From a virus (taxonomy: Duplodnaviria; Caudoviricetes), in IMG/VR virus record IMGVR_UViG_3300037851_000671, positions 96,001-160,000 of that record: a stretch of DNA of 64,000 nt. The stretch is one strand, 5' to 3'. Shown here piece after piece: positions 11,336 to 21,477 of the stretch. The notes under the pieces are model-generated. The model was given only the letters and a program-made list of their open reading frames with translations. It had not been told where the DNA came from and ran no database searches. Positions within the stretch are counted from its first letter, which is position 1. Each line of letters starts with the position of its first letter. The position numbers and the translations under genes were made by a program.

Positions 11336-14322
11336 GAAATATGAACAATAGAACAACAGTGTCACAAGTTGAGCCTCGTTGGTACGATGGACAGAGGGTA
11401 GATCAGACGGACATGCAGCTAGAGCAGGACCGTGGGGTAAAAACCGATGCATCTATCATCAGTAACCATGTGGGTTCTGGCGTACTTCCATCAGCCATTT
11501 ATGCCCCTGTGTTATTCGATAGTGATAACATGTTTCCTGACCAAGTGGCTTTGGTGGCTTCAAAAGACTTTGATGGTACTGGTCTAAGACCATTGCTTCA
11601 GCCGAGCGATCCAAACCTTGGAAATCAGCTAGAGGTCGAATACACAGACTCTGATATTTTCGGGATGGCTACTGCCTTTGGCCGTCTATCGGTCAAGGCT
11701 CTAATCATAGGACTTGACTTCCAGGGAAACACGCAATACGACCGTTTCTATTTTCACACCAAGGAAAAGCAGGTTACCAGAAAGCATTACGCCAAGATAT
11801 TGAGTGTGTTGTTCAATGACTTTTTGGGCAACAGCAACTGTTCAAGAACGCTAGGTGGGCGTGTAATCATCAGGGAAGCAGAGAGCTTTGAGCTTTCAAG
11901 AGACCCTATAATGATATCCCAAGATCTATCACCAAACCTGTTCTTCAGGGATTTTAAGATCTCTAACTTCTCAACATCGCCAAATCCAACGGTAACCCTT
12001 TACCAAACATTGCAAGAGGCAATGGGCTCAGAGTACACAGTTGATTCTTTGAACATCAACACAACGGTAAAGCGCAATGTCTATTTGGCGGCAGGTGATG
12101 TTACAACCAAACTAGCCCAGAAGTTTCAAGCATCAACTGACAACATTCAGAAGATATCTATCTTGTTAGGTGTTGATGAGAACACTACAGTATCTGACGA
12201 AAACAAGTTTGATTGGAGCGGAGAGTTCGTAGTTAGCGTATATGCGTTACAGACAACCGTCAGCAATCCATCAGACCTTGTACCACAGTTGGCTATAGAA
12301 TTTGATCCTAACCCAGAACCAATTACTCAGTTCACGTTTGATCAAGAGAGTCTGAGAGACCTTGGGTACGTTTTGAACAACGTGCTTCAACCGGTTGACT
12401 TCATATTCGGGGCGTCTGCTCTTGGAAACAAAATCAACCCCGTTGTTGTGCCTGGAAAATACTATGCAATCAGCATCTGTAGGGCCGGGGACACAACCAA
12501 CGGAAACATATTTACTGGCGTTGGTAATAGCTTTAGCACAGCTGACAGGTTCAGTATTTTCAGTGGTATTTGGTCTGACGTACCAAGCGAGGACATGTGG
12601 TATCAGGTTTGGACAGATGCAGCCAAGGTAGCTGACGGTCAGGCTTATGATGGTGGCAATGGTGTACAGATACCAAAAACCATTGTCAATTCTGTAGGTG
12701 CCACGGTTGATAATTCGTTGAGTGGTCAGTCATTCAATGAAACGGGCCAGAACACGCTTAACACAGCTGTTGTGGAAGCTGTTCTAACGCCAAGTGGTCA
12801 GGAACAGGATGAGCGTACTGGAAGTCCGGTGTATTCAAGGCAGCAGTTTGAGGCGGCCGTCAGCTTTGTATCAAGCTCATCTCTGACAACTCTAAAGGAG
12901 TCTGGAGATCCTTTGATTATCGGATGTGCCAGGGACACAAACCCAAAGAGCAATTCCATCATCAAAGGCATTCAGAATATACCAGGACTTACCAAGGGGA
13001 ATACCTTCAAGGTGGTGAACCCGGATCCAAACTTGCTTTCACAGCAGTTGGTTGGAAGTAAGTTGATACCTAACGATGACTGTGAGGGTCTGGATTACAG
13101 AATCTTCGAGGTCAGGGTGTGCTTGGATGGTTATGGAGATGTCAATGGCGATGGCATCATTGACCAGTACGATGTTTACAGAGCTTCTGAACTGTTGTCA
13201 GAATCGATATACAGTTCCACCACGCAGCAGAAGATCATAGATGGATACATTGATCCGCTAGAGCTTCTGCGTGCTGATGTGAATGGAGATGGTTTTGTAA
13301 CCGCTGAGGACATCAATCTTATATCTGCGTTCGTCTCACGCACCATAACATCCTTCCCTGTTGGAACTAGTTTCCGTCACATTGAGCTGGTGGTTCAAGA
13401 GAGTATTGGCAGGTATGATGGTTACTTTGATTGTGGTGATGGGTATGTAAGGCTTGATGGGTACGTTGGTAAAAATGTCATTCCAATAGAAGACCTGAAT
13501 CAGTACGATTTAGTGTATGATGGTTACAACTCCCCAGTAAACATGGAGTTGAATGATCCTATATTCAGAACAGTGCCGTTCAGCCCGATACCATACAAGA
13601 TAAGGCCACAGGCATTCTGGCAGGATTGGTTGGTTCAATTCAGTAGTGAGGCGAGGATTGTTCCAGCAGTATTCACGTCTTTTGTGGAGGAACCAAAACT
13701 AAGAGATAGTCATGGTCAATGTTTGGAAGCATCGCTCACACTGTGTGAGGATCCGTTAGCTTTCGGAAGTCCATGCAACCCTGGTAAGAATGATTTTCTT
13801 ATTCCTGACAACTTATTCATAAAGCGTGGTCAGATTCTAAACGCTGATGGAACATTTTTCAAGCAGGATTTTGAGATTGGAATAATCAACATTGAGCTAC
13901 CACAAGAGCAGTTCATAGAGACGCCAATCAATGTGTTTGAGAAATTTGTTTGCAACAGTGCTGGAAATGGTTTTACAACAGCTGGTTTCAAGGCAATGAA
14001 ATTTGCTGATTGTTCGTGGGTTGAGCCAGACGCAATACTCAAAAACCAAGTAAGGTTTGGTGTTGCTTTGCAATCAATTGTACCAAACAGCGATGGTTAC
14101 GATCCGATAGATGGTTACGGAATTATCATTGACGAGTTGGTTGGCGTTTACATGGACAATCTAACCGGTATCATGACGCTATCGATGAAAGACCTGTTAT
14201 ATGAGCCAGTATACAGAACACTTGTTACAAGGATAGAGGTTACTGTGTACTTGAAGAAAGCAGGATGGAACAACCAGATGGTTTACGTCACGCCAGATCA
14301 GGTCGCCGGCTTGTTCTTGTAA
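11332..14322 (+). CDS. putative virion structural protein with a dockerin-like repeat pair
   Basis: 996 aa, in the baseplate operon; 'GDVNGDGIIDQYD' and 'ADVNGDGFVTAED' at 13135-13335; eight DGY motifs in the C-terminal part. Confidence 0.6.
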   Translation: MRNMNNRTTVSQVEPRWYDGQRVDQTDMQLEQDRGVKTDASIISNHVGSGVLPSAIYAPVLFDSDNMFPDQVALVASKDFDGTGLRPLLQPSDPNLGNQLEVEYTDSDIFGMATAFGRLSVKALIIGLDFQGNTQYDRFYFHTKEKQVTRKHYAKILSVLFNDFLGNSNCSRTLGGRVIIREAESFELSRDPIMISQDLSPNLFFRDFKISNFSTSPNPTVTLYQTLQEAMGSEYTVDSLNINTTVKRNVYLAAGDVTTKLAQKFQASTDNIQKISILLGVDENTTVSDENKFDWSGEFVVSVYALQTTVSNPSDLVPQLAIEFDPNPEPITQFTFDQESLRDLGYVLNNVLQPVDFIFGASALGNKINPVVVPGKYYAISICRAGDTTNGNIFTGVGNSFSTADRFSIFSGIWSDVPSEDMWYQVWTDAAKVADGQAYDGGNGVQIPKTIVNSVGATVDNSLSGQSFNETGQNTLNTAVVEAVLTPSGQEQDERTGSPVYSRQQFEAAVSFVSSSSLTTLKESGDPLIIGCARDTNPKSNSIIKGIQNIPGLTKGNTFKVVNPDPNLLSQQLVGSKLIPNDDCEGLDYRIFEVRVCLDGYGDVNGDGIIDQYDVYRASELLSESIYSSTTQQKIIDGYIDPLELLRADVNGDGFVTAEDINLISAFVSRTITSFPVGTSFRHIELVVQESIGRYDGYFDCGDGYVRLDGYVGKNVIPIEDLNQYDLVYDGYNSPVNMELNDPIFRTVPFSPIPYKIRPQAFWQDWLVQFSSEARIVPAVFTSFVEEPKLRDSHGQCLEASLTLCEDPLAFGSPCNPGKNDFLIPDNLFIKRGQILNADGTFFKQDFEIGIINIELPQEQFIETPINVFEKFVCNSAGNGFTTAGFKAMKFADCSWVEPDAILKNQVRFGVALQSIVPNSDGYDPIDGYGIIIDELVGVYMDNLTGIMTLSMKDLLYEPVYRTLVTRIEVTVYLKKAGWNNQMVYVTPDQVAGLFL

Positions 14323-14348
14323 AATGTCATATGAAGGAAGTTTGACAG

Positions 14349-15467
14349 ATGAAAATAAAAATACAACAATTCCTTTTTGGCGTTAACCATTCTTGGGCGT
14401 TTGTTGGTCAGAATCTAGGAAGATCTCTGCTGAAACTTGGGCATGATGTAGAGTTCGTTTCAACAGATGGAATAGTTGAAAAATATGTTCCATCTGATTT
14501 GAAGCCGCACGTTAGAATCAAGCCAACCGGAATTTATGACTGCCAAATAAGTTATACAGCTCCGCATAATTGGCATTATTATCTTGCACACGGCACAAAG
14601 AACAAATTTGGAATATGGAATTACGAATATAACAATCGTCAATTTACAGATGAATATAGAACCCTATTAGCTGGGTTTGCCAAGCATTACAAAGCATGTA
14701 ATTATGTATTGCCATCATCTGAGTTTACGAGAGAAGTATTCAGGAGCATGTCTATTCCAGATGAAAAGATGAGGGTAGTGCCCCACGGCATCAACCTTGA
14801 AGATTTCGCTTCAGAAAAAGCCATAACACTAAGAACTAACAAGAAAAGAAAAATACTCCTAAACATTGCCCAACCACACAAGCGCAAGGCACTTCATTTG
14901 GCTCTGAAGGCATTTGGAAAAGCATTCACGAAAGATGATGATGTTTGTTTAGTTGCCAAGGTGTTCAAAGAGAATAAGAAAGACCACCAATTTGATGTTG
15001 ACTTTCCTTCCCTGTATAGAACGTTCGAGAGCAAATTTCCGAATCATGCAGAGGTCGAGTTCGTATATGATTTCATCCCAAACATTGCAGAGATTTACAA
15101 AGCATGTGATGTGAACTTCTCGGCAACATTTGCGGAATGCTGGCATCTTCCATCACTTGAAGCATTGGCAGCAGGAATAATTAACGTAGTTCCAAGATAT
15201 GGTGGTCAACTTGATTTCTGCAATGATGAGAACTCTTTGTTAATAGATGGGTCAGTTGTAAGAGCACCAAGAGATCATCAATATTGGCAGTTCAATCCTT
15301 ATGCTGTTCATTTTGAAATAGACACAGATAATGCGGCTAAGAAACTGCAACAGGCTGTTTTTGAGCATGATTCGCTGAAGGCGAAGTTTCAGTCGAGAAT
15401 GCTAGACACCGCCAAACAATTTACCTGGGATTCCGCTGCAACACAAATTCTCAATCTCTGTGAGTGA
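14349..15467 (+). CDS. glycosyltransferase family 4 (GT-B)
   Basis: 'VVPHGIN', 'RKALHLALKAF' and the EX7E motif 'ECWHLPSLE'. Confidence 0.9.
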   Translation: MKIKIQQFLFGVNHSWAFVGQNLGRSLLKLGHDVEFVSTDGIVEKYVPSDLKPHVRIKPTGIYDCQISYTAPHNWHYYLAHGTKNKFGIWNYEYNNRQFTDEYRTLLAGFAKHYKACNYVLPSSEFTREVFRSMSIPDEKMRVVPHGINLEDFASEKAITLRTNKKRKILLNIAQPHKRKALHLALKAFGKAFTKDDDVCLVAKVFKENKKDHQFDVDFPSLYRTFESKFPNHAEVEFVYDFIPNIAEIYKACDVNFSATFAECWHLPSLEALAAGIINVVPRYGGQLDFCNDENSLLIDGSVVRAPRDHQYWQFNPYAVHFEIDTDNAAKKLQQAVFEHDSLKAKFQSRMLDTAKQFTWDSAATQILNLCE

Positions 15468-15553
15468 ATTTTCTTGTTTCGGAAATGCTAAAAACTGCGC
15501 CAAGGTTAATTAACTTAAGATCTATCTATTAATCAGATCATTTAGCAAGGAGT

Positions 15554-16339
15554 ATGCCAATGAAGCCAAGACTGTCCATCGTTGTTCCGGCCTACAACAA
15601 CTACGCAGAATACACTAAGAAATGCCTTGAGGATCTAGTTAAGCTGCCGGAAAATCATCAGATTATTCTGGTGGACAATGGAAGTACCGATGGAACACAA
15701 GAGCTTGTAAACTACCATTGGTTTCCTGGGGATTTGTTTGGGGTACCTGCTCCTGTTCCAGACGAAACACTGGATGATGATGCTTCTTGGGCCAAGCAGC
15801 TACGAGAACAGCGCTTATATGTCAGGGCCAACGGAGAAAACTTGGGTTTCGCCAAGGCTTGTAACATCGGATATCAGGCGGCCAAAGAGAACGGGGCGGA
15901 ATTCGTAATGTTCTTGAACAACGATATACGAGTTCGCAGCAATCATGCCGAGTGGACAAAACCAATTCTAGAAGTGGCGGCTTCTGGCAGGTTGGCCGGA
16001 CCAACCATGGGACTTTTGGATAACAGTTTTGTTTTTGTTGGCGAGTATGCACGAATGCCATCTGGTAAAAACGTGTATATGAGCGGGTGGTGTATCACAG
16101 CATCGATAGATACCTGGGAAAAACTTGTTCCTGAAAATCACATCGGTCCTTTCTGCGAAGATTTTGGATTGGCGTTCCACGAAGATACTGACCTTGGTTT
16201 CCGAGCACGCAAACTTGGAATTGAGTTTGGTATAGTTCCAATTCCAGTTCATCATTTTGGTCATAAAACAACTGACAAATTAAACACCAGTCTGTTATAC
16301 AGGCAGTCTCGTGTTGTGTTCATGAAAAAATGGGGATGA
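15554..16339 (+). CDS. glycosyltransferase family 2
   Basis: 'SIVVPAYN', 'VDNGSTDG', 'NLGFAKACN', 'FLNND', 'EDTD'. Confidence 0.92.
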   Translation: MPMKPRLSIVVPAYNNYAEYTKKCLEDLVKLPENHQIILVDNGSTDGTQELVNYHWFPGDLFGVPAPVPDETLDDDASWAKQLREQRLYVRANGENLGFAKACNIGYQAAKENGAEFVMFLNNDIRVRSNHAEWTKPILEVAASGRLAGPTMGLLDNSFVFVGEYARMPSGKNVYMSGWCITASIDTWEKLVPENHIGPFCEDFGLAFHEDTDLGFRARKLGIEFGIVPIPVHHFGHKTTDKLNTSLLYRQSRVVFMKKWG

Positions 16340-16340
16340 T

Positions 16341-17150
16341 ATGACAGTTCTTCATATACTTACATTGAATTGGAATGGCATCGGTATTATCGGTGATCTT
16401 CACAAATCACTGAAGCCAGCTCTTGATGTTTTGAAAGATATACAGACTGTTTGGCATGTTAGAGACAATGGCTCAACCGATGGTTCGCTTGAGTATATCA
16501 ACACAATCAAAGATATTCCAACAAACATATTGGCAGCTGGTCATAACAGGGATTCATTTGCTGGTGGTGTAAATTCTCTTTGGTGTGAAGCAAAGCCAAA
16601 TGACAATGACTATCTCCTTCTTTTGAATAATGACGTGGTGTTTTTTGATCCTACGTCAATTGAAAAGATGATCAGCCTACAGAAAGCAACCAAGGCAGGG
16701 GTTGTTGGGGCAAGGTTACTATTCACAGGAACGAACAAACTACAACACGCTGGTGTCATTTTCAGCGATAGGTATGGGAGAATGCCTTTCCATTATCGCC
16801 CAAATGAACCAACGGATGCCGCTGCTGAGAAGAACCGTTATTTCCAAGCCGTAACCGCTGCGTGTTGCCTGGTGAAGGCGGGAGCTTTTGCCAAGATCGG
16901 TGGTTTGGACGAAGGTTATCGTTGGGCCTTTGAAGACATAGATATGTGTTTGGCTATTGGAAAAGATCATAAGATTGTCTATTGTGGCAACACCGGCATC
17001 TTCCATGGCGAGAGTGTAAGCTTGAAAAAGAACAATGTGAATAAGTTGTTCTTGAACCCAAACGTAAAACTGTTCAGGGAGAAGTGGACAGGTAAGTATA
17101 AGATAGATCACGATGCGTATTTGCGTGATGTAAATTTCAACGTTGTTTGA
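16341..17150 (+). CDS. glycosyltransferase family 2
   Basis: 'DNGSTDG', 'LLLNND', 'AVTAACCLV', 'GGLDEGY..FEDIDMC'. Confidence 0.92.
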   Translation: MTVLHILTLNWNGIGIIGDLHKSLKPALDVLKDIQTVWHVRDNGSTDGSLEYINTIKDIPTNILAAGHNRDSFAGGVNSLWCEAKPNDNDYLLLLNNDVVFFDPTSIEKMISLQKATKAGVVGARLLFTGTNKLQHAGVIFSDRYGRMPFHYRPNEPTDAAAEKNRYFQAVTAACCLVKAGAFAKIGGLDEGYRWAFEDIDMCLAIGKDHKIVYCGNTGIFHGESVSLKKNNVNKLFLNPNVKLFREKWTGKYKIDHDAYLRDVNFNVV

Positions 17151-18130
17151 CGATGGCAAAGAAGCGGTGTTACAAGCCTCAGTTTTTCCCATTCTGCCCT
17201 GGTATTCAGTGGAAGGTTGAGAGGGGCAAATACGTAGTTCCAGAGGTTGATTCTGAGACGTGGCAGAAAACCATTCATGGCAAAGAGATTGTTGTTACTG
17301 TTTTTGGAGGACTGTTAGAGTCCTTCATCTCTTTAAGCGTACTTGAAGCCATAACATCAATTGAACCTTCCAGAAACGTAACATGGCTTGGCAACGCTGG
17401 TTTCAATCAACTGTTACAACTGCATGGTTTGTGTAAAAGCTCCTCTATTGGTTTGACTAAGGAGCATCTTGCCAAATATCCTGCGCCTGTGTTTTTCGAT
17501 CAGGACAACAGGGTATACTTCAACGTATTGAACAACTACCTGACACGCTATAGTTATTGGGGAGAAAACCCAGAGACCGTTGATGACCCGGTGGTGAAGC
17601 AGATATTCTCCAATTCACTATTGCCGTGGAACTATCAGGTTCCGAGACTGAGGGCTTTGAATCCTGTTGATTCTAGCAAGATCATGAAAGACAACAAGGA
17701 TAGGGTTATCCTTTTTGTTTTGGATGGTGTATACGAACATTCTTTCAAAACTCTAGAGTGGGGTGTTCACAACATCAGAGAGTTGGCGGCCATGTTGTTT
17801 GGCAAAAAGTTCAAGGTGGTTGTGGCTACTGATAAACCTGGACCGTTCTATGGTACGAAAGCTGTGCCGATTCCATGTGACCAAAAAACCGTACTCACCA
17901 TGATTAGCAAGGCATGGATGGTTTTGTCACCAACGATAGATTGGCTTTTGATTGCCCTGATGCTTTCCAAGGCTATCGTTGTCGAGAATCATATTGGAGA
18001 GATTCCACCTGCGTTTGATTTATTTGCAAACGCCGAATTTCTTAACGCTCAGAACGTTATATCAACAGATCACAACGATAGGATATCACCAATAGATATT
18101 TACGCACTGTGTTGCAATGAGGGATTATGA
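17147..18130 (+). CDS. glycosyltransferase-like protein, possibly GT9-like
   Basis: N-terminal 'VFGGLLESFISLSVLEAI' resembles the GT9 start segment; located in the GT cluster; weak match. Confidence 0.4.
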   Translation: MTMAKKRCYKPQFFPFCPGIQWKVERGKYVVPEVDSETWQKTIHGKEIVVTVFGGLLESFISLSVLEAITSIEPSRNVTWLGNAGFNQLLQLHGLCKSSSIGLTKEHLAKYPAPVFFDQDNRVYFNVLNNYLTRYSYWGENPETVDDPVVKQIFSNSLLPWNYQVPRLRALNPVDSSKIMKDNKDRVILFVLDGVYEHSFKTLEWGVHNIRELAAMLFGKKFKVVVATDKPGPFYGTKAVPIPCDQKTVLTMISKAWMVLSPTIDWLLIALMLSKAIVVENHIGEIPPAFDLFANAEFLNAQNVISTDHNDRISPIDIYALCCNEGL

Positions 18131-18903
18131 CAAGTAAAGTTTGTTTGATGATGGTCACGTACAACCGCCTTGCTCTAACCAGGCGTACCATGGTTGGCCT
18201 TGGTAAAAGCATTCAGATGCCGTTCGATATGGTGGTTGTTGATAATGGTTCGGCTGATGGAACGGTGTCCTATTTCGATAGTCGTGATTTTGACACTGAC
18301 ATCGGTAACAAGCCAGATTGGAAACAGAACAAACTATCCAACCTATTCATCACTGACAACAAAGAGAACAAGGGGATTGCGATTGGAAGGAACCAAGCTC
18401 TCAAGCATGGGATGGAAGGAGGGTACGATTGGCTTGTTACCTTGGATAATGATGTGGAGATGCCCGAGGGTTGGCTAGAGGAAGCAATCTCAATTCTATC
18501 AGCTAACAGAAGCTACGGTGCTATTGGTGTGAATATGGAAAATACACCATATCCTTTGGTTACCAAGAATGGATTTACTTTCCAAGATAAACCGGCAGGC
18601 AACCTTGGAACTGCCTGTATAGTGTTCCCGAAATCAACACCAAAGATGCTTGGATACTTCAACACAGAATACGGAAGGTATGGTGAGGAGGATGCTGATT
18701 ACGGCATGAGGATACGTGTTGCCGGTTTCAAACTGGGATACATTGAAAGAATGGGGACACACTTTGGCGAGGGTGAGTTGGACAAAGGTGAGTATAGAGA
18801 ATTTAAGACTAAGGCTCATAGGGATAATCTGAGAAAGTTTCAGGAGAATTGTGCGGCTTATGCCCAACGCCGAAAGCCTATATTTATCCCATATAAGGAC
18901 TGA
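18127..18903 (+). CDS. glycosyltransferase family 2
   Basis: 'VTYNR', 'VVDNGSADG', 'NKGIAIGRNQAL', 'TLDND', 'EEDADY'. Confidence 0.9.
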   Translation: MTSKVCLMMVTYNRLALTRRTMVGLGKSIQMPFDMVVVDNGSADGTVSYFDSRDFDTDIGNKPDWKQNKLSNLFITDNKENKGIAIGRNQALKHGMEGGYDWLVTLDNDVEMPEGWLEEAISILSANRSYGAIGVNMENTPYPLVTKNGFTFQDKPAGNLGTACIVFPKSTPKMLGYFNTEYGRYGEEDADYGMRIRVAGFKLGYIERMGTHFGEGELDKGEYREFKTKAHRDNLRKFQENCAAYAQRRKPIFIPYKD

Positions 18904-18904
18904 T

Positions 18905-20551
18905 ATGTTTCAGAAAGTGATAAAAAACGAAGATCTAAAAAACTACATATTATCTTCCAATCATACCTTTTCTTCTGGCGAATTCACCACCATTCAACCA
19001 AAGTTCGGTTTGTTGACTTTGGATTTTTCAAGTGAGCCTGATGCTGTTTCTTGTTTGTTGAGGTTCAGGAGAGTATCTGGTAATGGGCTTGTTATTCTCA
19101 CAGCTGACTCAATCACCAAAGAGATTCAGATCATTTCTCAAACATCTCAAGAGGCAGCTTTCGAGCTTGGTCCTTCTAAGATTCTGAAAATACAAAGAGC
19201 CAATAGAAGTAGTGGTGATCTTTGTTTGTCTCAAGTTTCATTAGTATACAGGACACAGCAAGCAGTCGAACCCAATCTGATAGGTGAGCTGAAAAAAGCC
19301 AAGAGCTATAGCCTTATCAGAGTAGTTGATGGAAAGCTGTTCGCTAGTGGTGGTGGCGGAAGCATTGAAAGCTCATCAATCTCAAACATACAAACAGATC
19401 CTCCTGGTGTGTTTAAGAAGACAGATACAGGTGTTGTTTTCAATGATTCGTGTGTAATAACCTCATTAAGTATAGATGTAAATGAAAGCGTCCAAAAACA
19501 TGTTGTCGATGTTGTTGTCAAAGCACAACCTGAACCTATTGAGCCTACGGTTTTGACAAAGGAGACAGAATACGTTCCAACAGATCCTATAGTGGTTAAT
19601 AAAACCTTTGTGTACGACACTTCATCGAGTCATTTCAACCCGGCTTTCTGCGTAAAGTCTTCTGAGGTTAATGGAAACTCTGCTGTAATTGATTTTGACG
19701 GATCATACACAATACCTCTAAAGATGCTTGGCGAAAAAACCGGATACAGCGTTACGGTTGAAGTAGAGAGGGTTAATGGTAATGGAAAGTTTGCATTTGG
19801 TATTCTGCCTGACACGGAGACCATCAATGTAAAGGTGGCAGCTGGTGCGTCTAGAACATTTGGTTGTACGGTTTTCATTGAAGATGCTGGAAGGGATTAT
19901 AGTTTCTCAATCTGGAGGACTGCATCTTCTGTTGGTAAAATAAGGGTAAACAGAATAGTTATCAAGCCAGATGGGGCTATTCGTTCTGCCAGGTTTGCCG
20001 CTAGAGAGAATCATGTCACTCATCAGCCAATCGGATACATACCAAATGCCCCATATGCCTCTAAGCTTGAACAGAAGGCGCCTGAATTCACTGGTCGTGA
20101 TATACTTTCATCAGCTAGGCCTTTGTCTATTCCAATTGCCAGGTGCAACGGAGATATGGTAATGCGTTCTGCTATGCAGTATTCGGCAGAGCAAGGATAT
20201 TTGTGGAATCTGTTGAACAACGTGTCTTTGCCGTGGGATAGGTCTACGTCAAAAAGATTTGTACCAGTTACACATGATGGTTTTATTGTAATAATCAACA
20301 GGGACTATCAGCTTACAAACAACGTTTTGAAGAAGCTTACAAACTCTAGTAATGTGGTTGTTGTGGGGGCTAGAGGGGTTTATCCTAATTGCATAATATC
20401 AATCAATGACTATACTGAGTACGAGTGCGTGATGGATGTGCTTGAAAGAAGCTCAGCTGTAGTGGATACAGCGGACTCTGGTATAGTTCCGTTATTACAC
20501 GTACTTGGAAAGAGGTTTGTTGATATCAATGGAACGTTAGAGGACTTCTAA
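18905..20551 (+). CDS. multidomain protein: two beta-rich repeats plus a GT9-like C-terminal segment
   Basis: ATG at 18905 chosen; repeated 'FRRVSGNG' / 'VERVNGNG'; C-terminal 'SSAVVDTADSGIVPLLHVLG' resembles the GT9 DSG motif. Confidence 0.4.
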   Translation: MFQKVIKNEDLKNYILSSNHTFSSGEFTTIQPKFGLLTLDFSSEPDAVSCLLRFRRVSGNGLVILTADSITKEIQIISQTSQEAAFELGPSKILKIQRANRSSGDLCLSQVSLVYRTQQAVEPNLIGELKKAKSYSLIRVVDGKLFASGGGGSIESSSISNIQTDPPGVFKKTDTGVVFNDSCVITSLSIDVNESVQKHVVDVVVKAQPEPIEPTVLTKETEYVPTDPIVVNKTFVYDTSSSHFNPAFCVKSSEVNGNSAVIDFDGSYTIPLKMLGEKTGYSVTVEVERVNGNGKFAFGILPDTETINVKVAAGASRTFGCTVFIEDAGRDYSFSIWRTASSVGKIRVNRIVIKPDGAIRSARFAARENHVTHQPIGYIPNAPYASKLEQKAPEFTGRDILSSARPLSIPIARCNGDMVMRSAMQYSAEQGYLWNLLNNVSLPWDRSTSKRFVPVTHDGFIVIINRDYQLTNNVLKKLTNSSNVVVVGARGVYPNCIISINDYTEYECVMDVLERSSAVVDTADSGIVPLLHVLGKRFVDINGTLEDF

Positions 20552-21445
20552 CATCTTCTTGTACACTGTTGTATTTACGATTCTGGAACACAATCCGTTA
20601 GGATCTGATAACGTAGTACGAATAGCAGATCTAAATAGTTCATAGTCCTGTTTACCGTAGTTTTTGATAACATCAATGATTGCGGGATTGATGTTGATAT
20701 TTGATCCGTTCTTTGTGACAAACTTTCTAAGATCAATGTAAGTGTGTTCTGGCAGGTTGAAAGAGTCTATGTTGTAGCATCCCATGTACATTGGGACCGT
20801 GCCTGAGAATATAGAATCAGGTAGTTTTTCCGTCATGTAGTTCTTGGAATACACTGGGTCATATGTGTTCTCAGAGCATAGAGAAAAACAGAATTTTGCA
20901 ATGGTTTGTGCTTTATTGTCAACTCTGCCTTTGTAGTATGATCTGTTCAATGGCATTGTACCGAACCAAGAAACTTTAATACCTGAATTGTAAAACAAAT
21001 CAGCCAGCATAACTCTAAGATTATATATACTGGCCGGATGATCTGAATGTTTTGCATTTGCAACAATAACAATCTCTTTTTCTCTATTTTCCCAAGGAAA
21101 CCATGAGTCAACTATATTTGGGTTCTCTCCGTAAAAATAACTTGGGTAGTTTATCTGTACTGTATTTTTTAGTGTTGGGAAAGCTTCCGAACACCATGTA
21201 AAAACCTTCTTGAATTTACTGAGAAAACCTACATCATAATCATTTGGAGAAACCACTATTGGTTCAAGTATAAGGGCACTATCTTCTGGTCTTGGATTGT
21301 TGTTAGCATACCATCCAGTGAATACATTTGGAACGCTTTCTTTACGGGCATTGGACATGTACACTGATCCATCATCTCCTTGGTAGTGTAAATACGGCTC
21401 TCCATAATGTGATTGATAGATTACGTTTACTTCTCTTGTCACCAT
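20537..21445 (-). CDS. glycosyltransferase family 10 (alpha-1,3-fucosyltransferase-like)
   Basis: 'FCFSLCSENTYDPVYSKNYMTEKL..SIFSGTVPMYMG' matches the GT10 motif. Confidence 0.85.
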   Translation of the reverse strand: MVTREVNVIYQSHYGEPYLHYQGDDGSVYMSNARKESVPNVFTGWYANNNPRPEDSALILEPIVVSPNDYDVGFLSKFKKVFTWCSEAFPTLKNTVQINYPSYFYGENPNIVDSWFPWENREKEIVIVANAKHSDHPASIYNLRVMLADLFYNSGIKVSWFGTMPLNRSYYKGRVDNKAQTIAKFCFSLCSENTYDPVYSKNYMTEKLPDSIFSGTVPMYMGCYNIDSFNLPEHTYIDLRKFVTKNGSNININPAIIDVIKNYGKQDYELFRSAIRTTLSDPNGLCSRIVNTTVYKKMLEVL

Positions 21446-21452
21446 GTTAGCT

Positions 21453-21470
21453 CATATACCAGGATATATG
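21453..21470. promoter_or_regulatory. CATATA-N6-TATATG inverted repeat between divergent GT10 and GT2 genes
   Basis: Sequence catataccaggatatatg; contains GGATATA. Confidence 0.35.
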
Positions 21471-21477
21471 TACGTTT

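Noticed and set aside
15468-15553. Nested inverted repeats (TGCTAAA/TTTAGCA, GATCT/AGATC, GTTAATTAAC) before the first GT2 gene
   Set aside because: Short, AT-rich arms that can arise by chance; no recognisable riboswitch or terminator U-tract.
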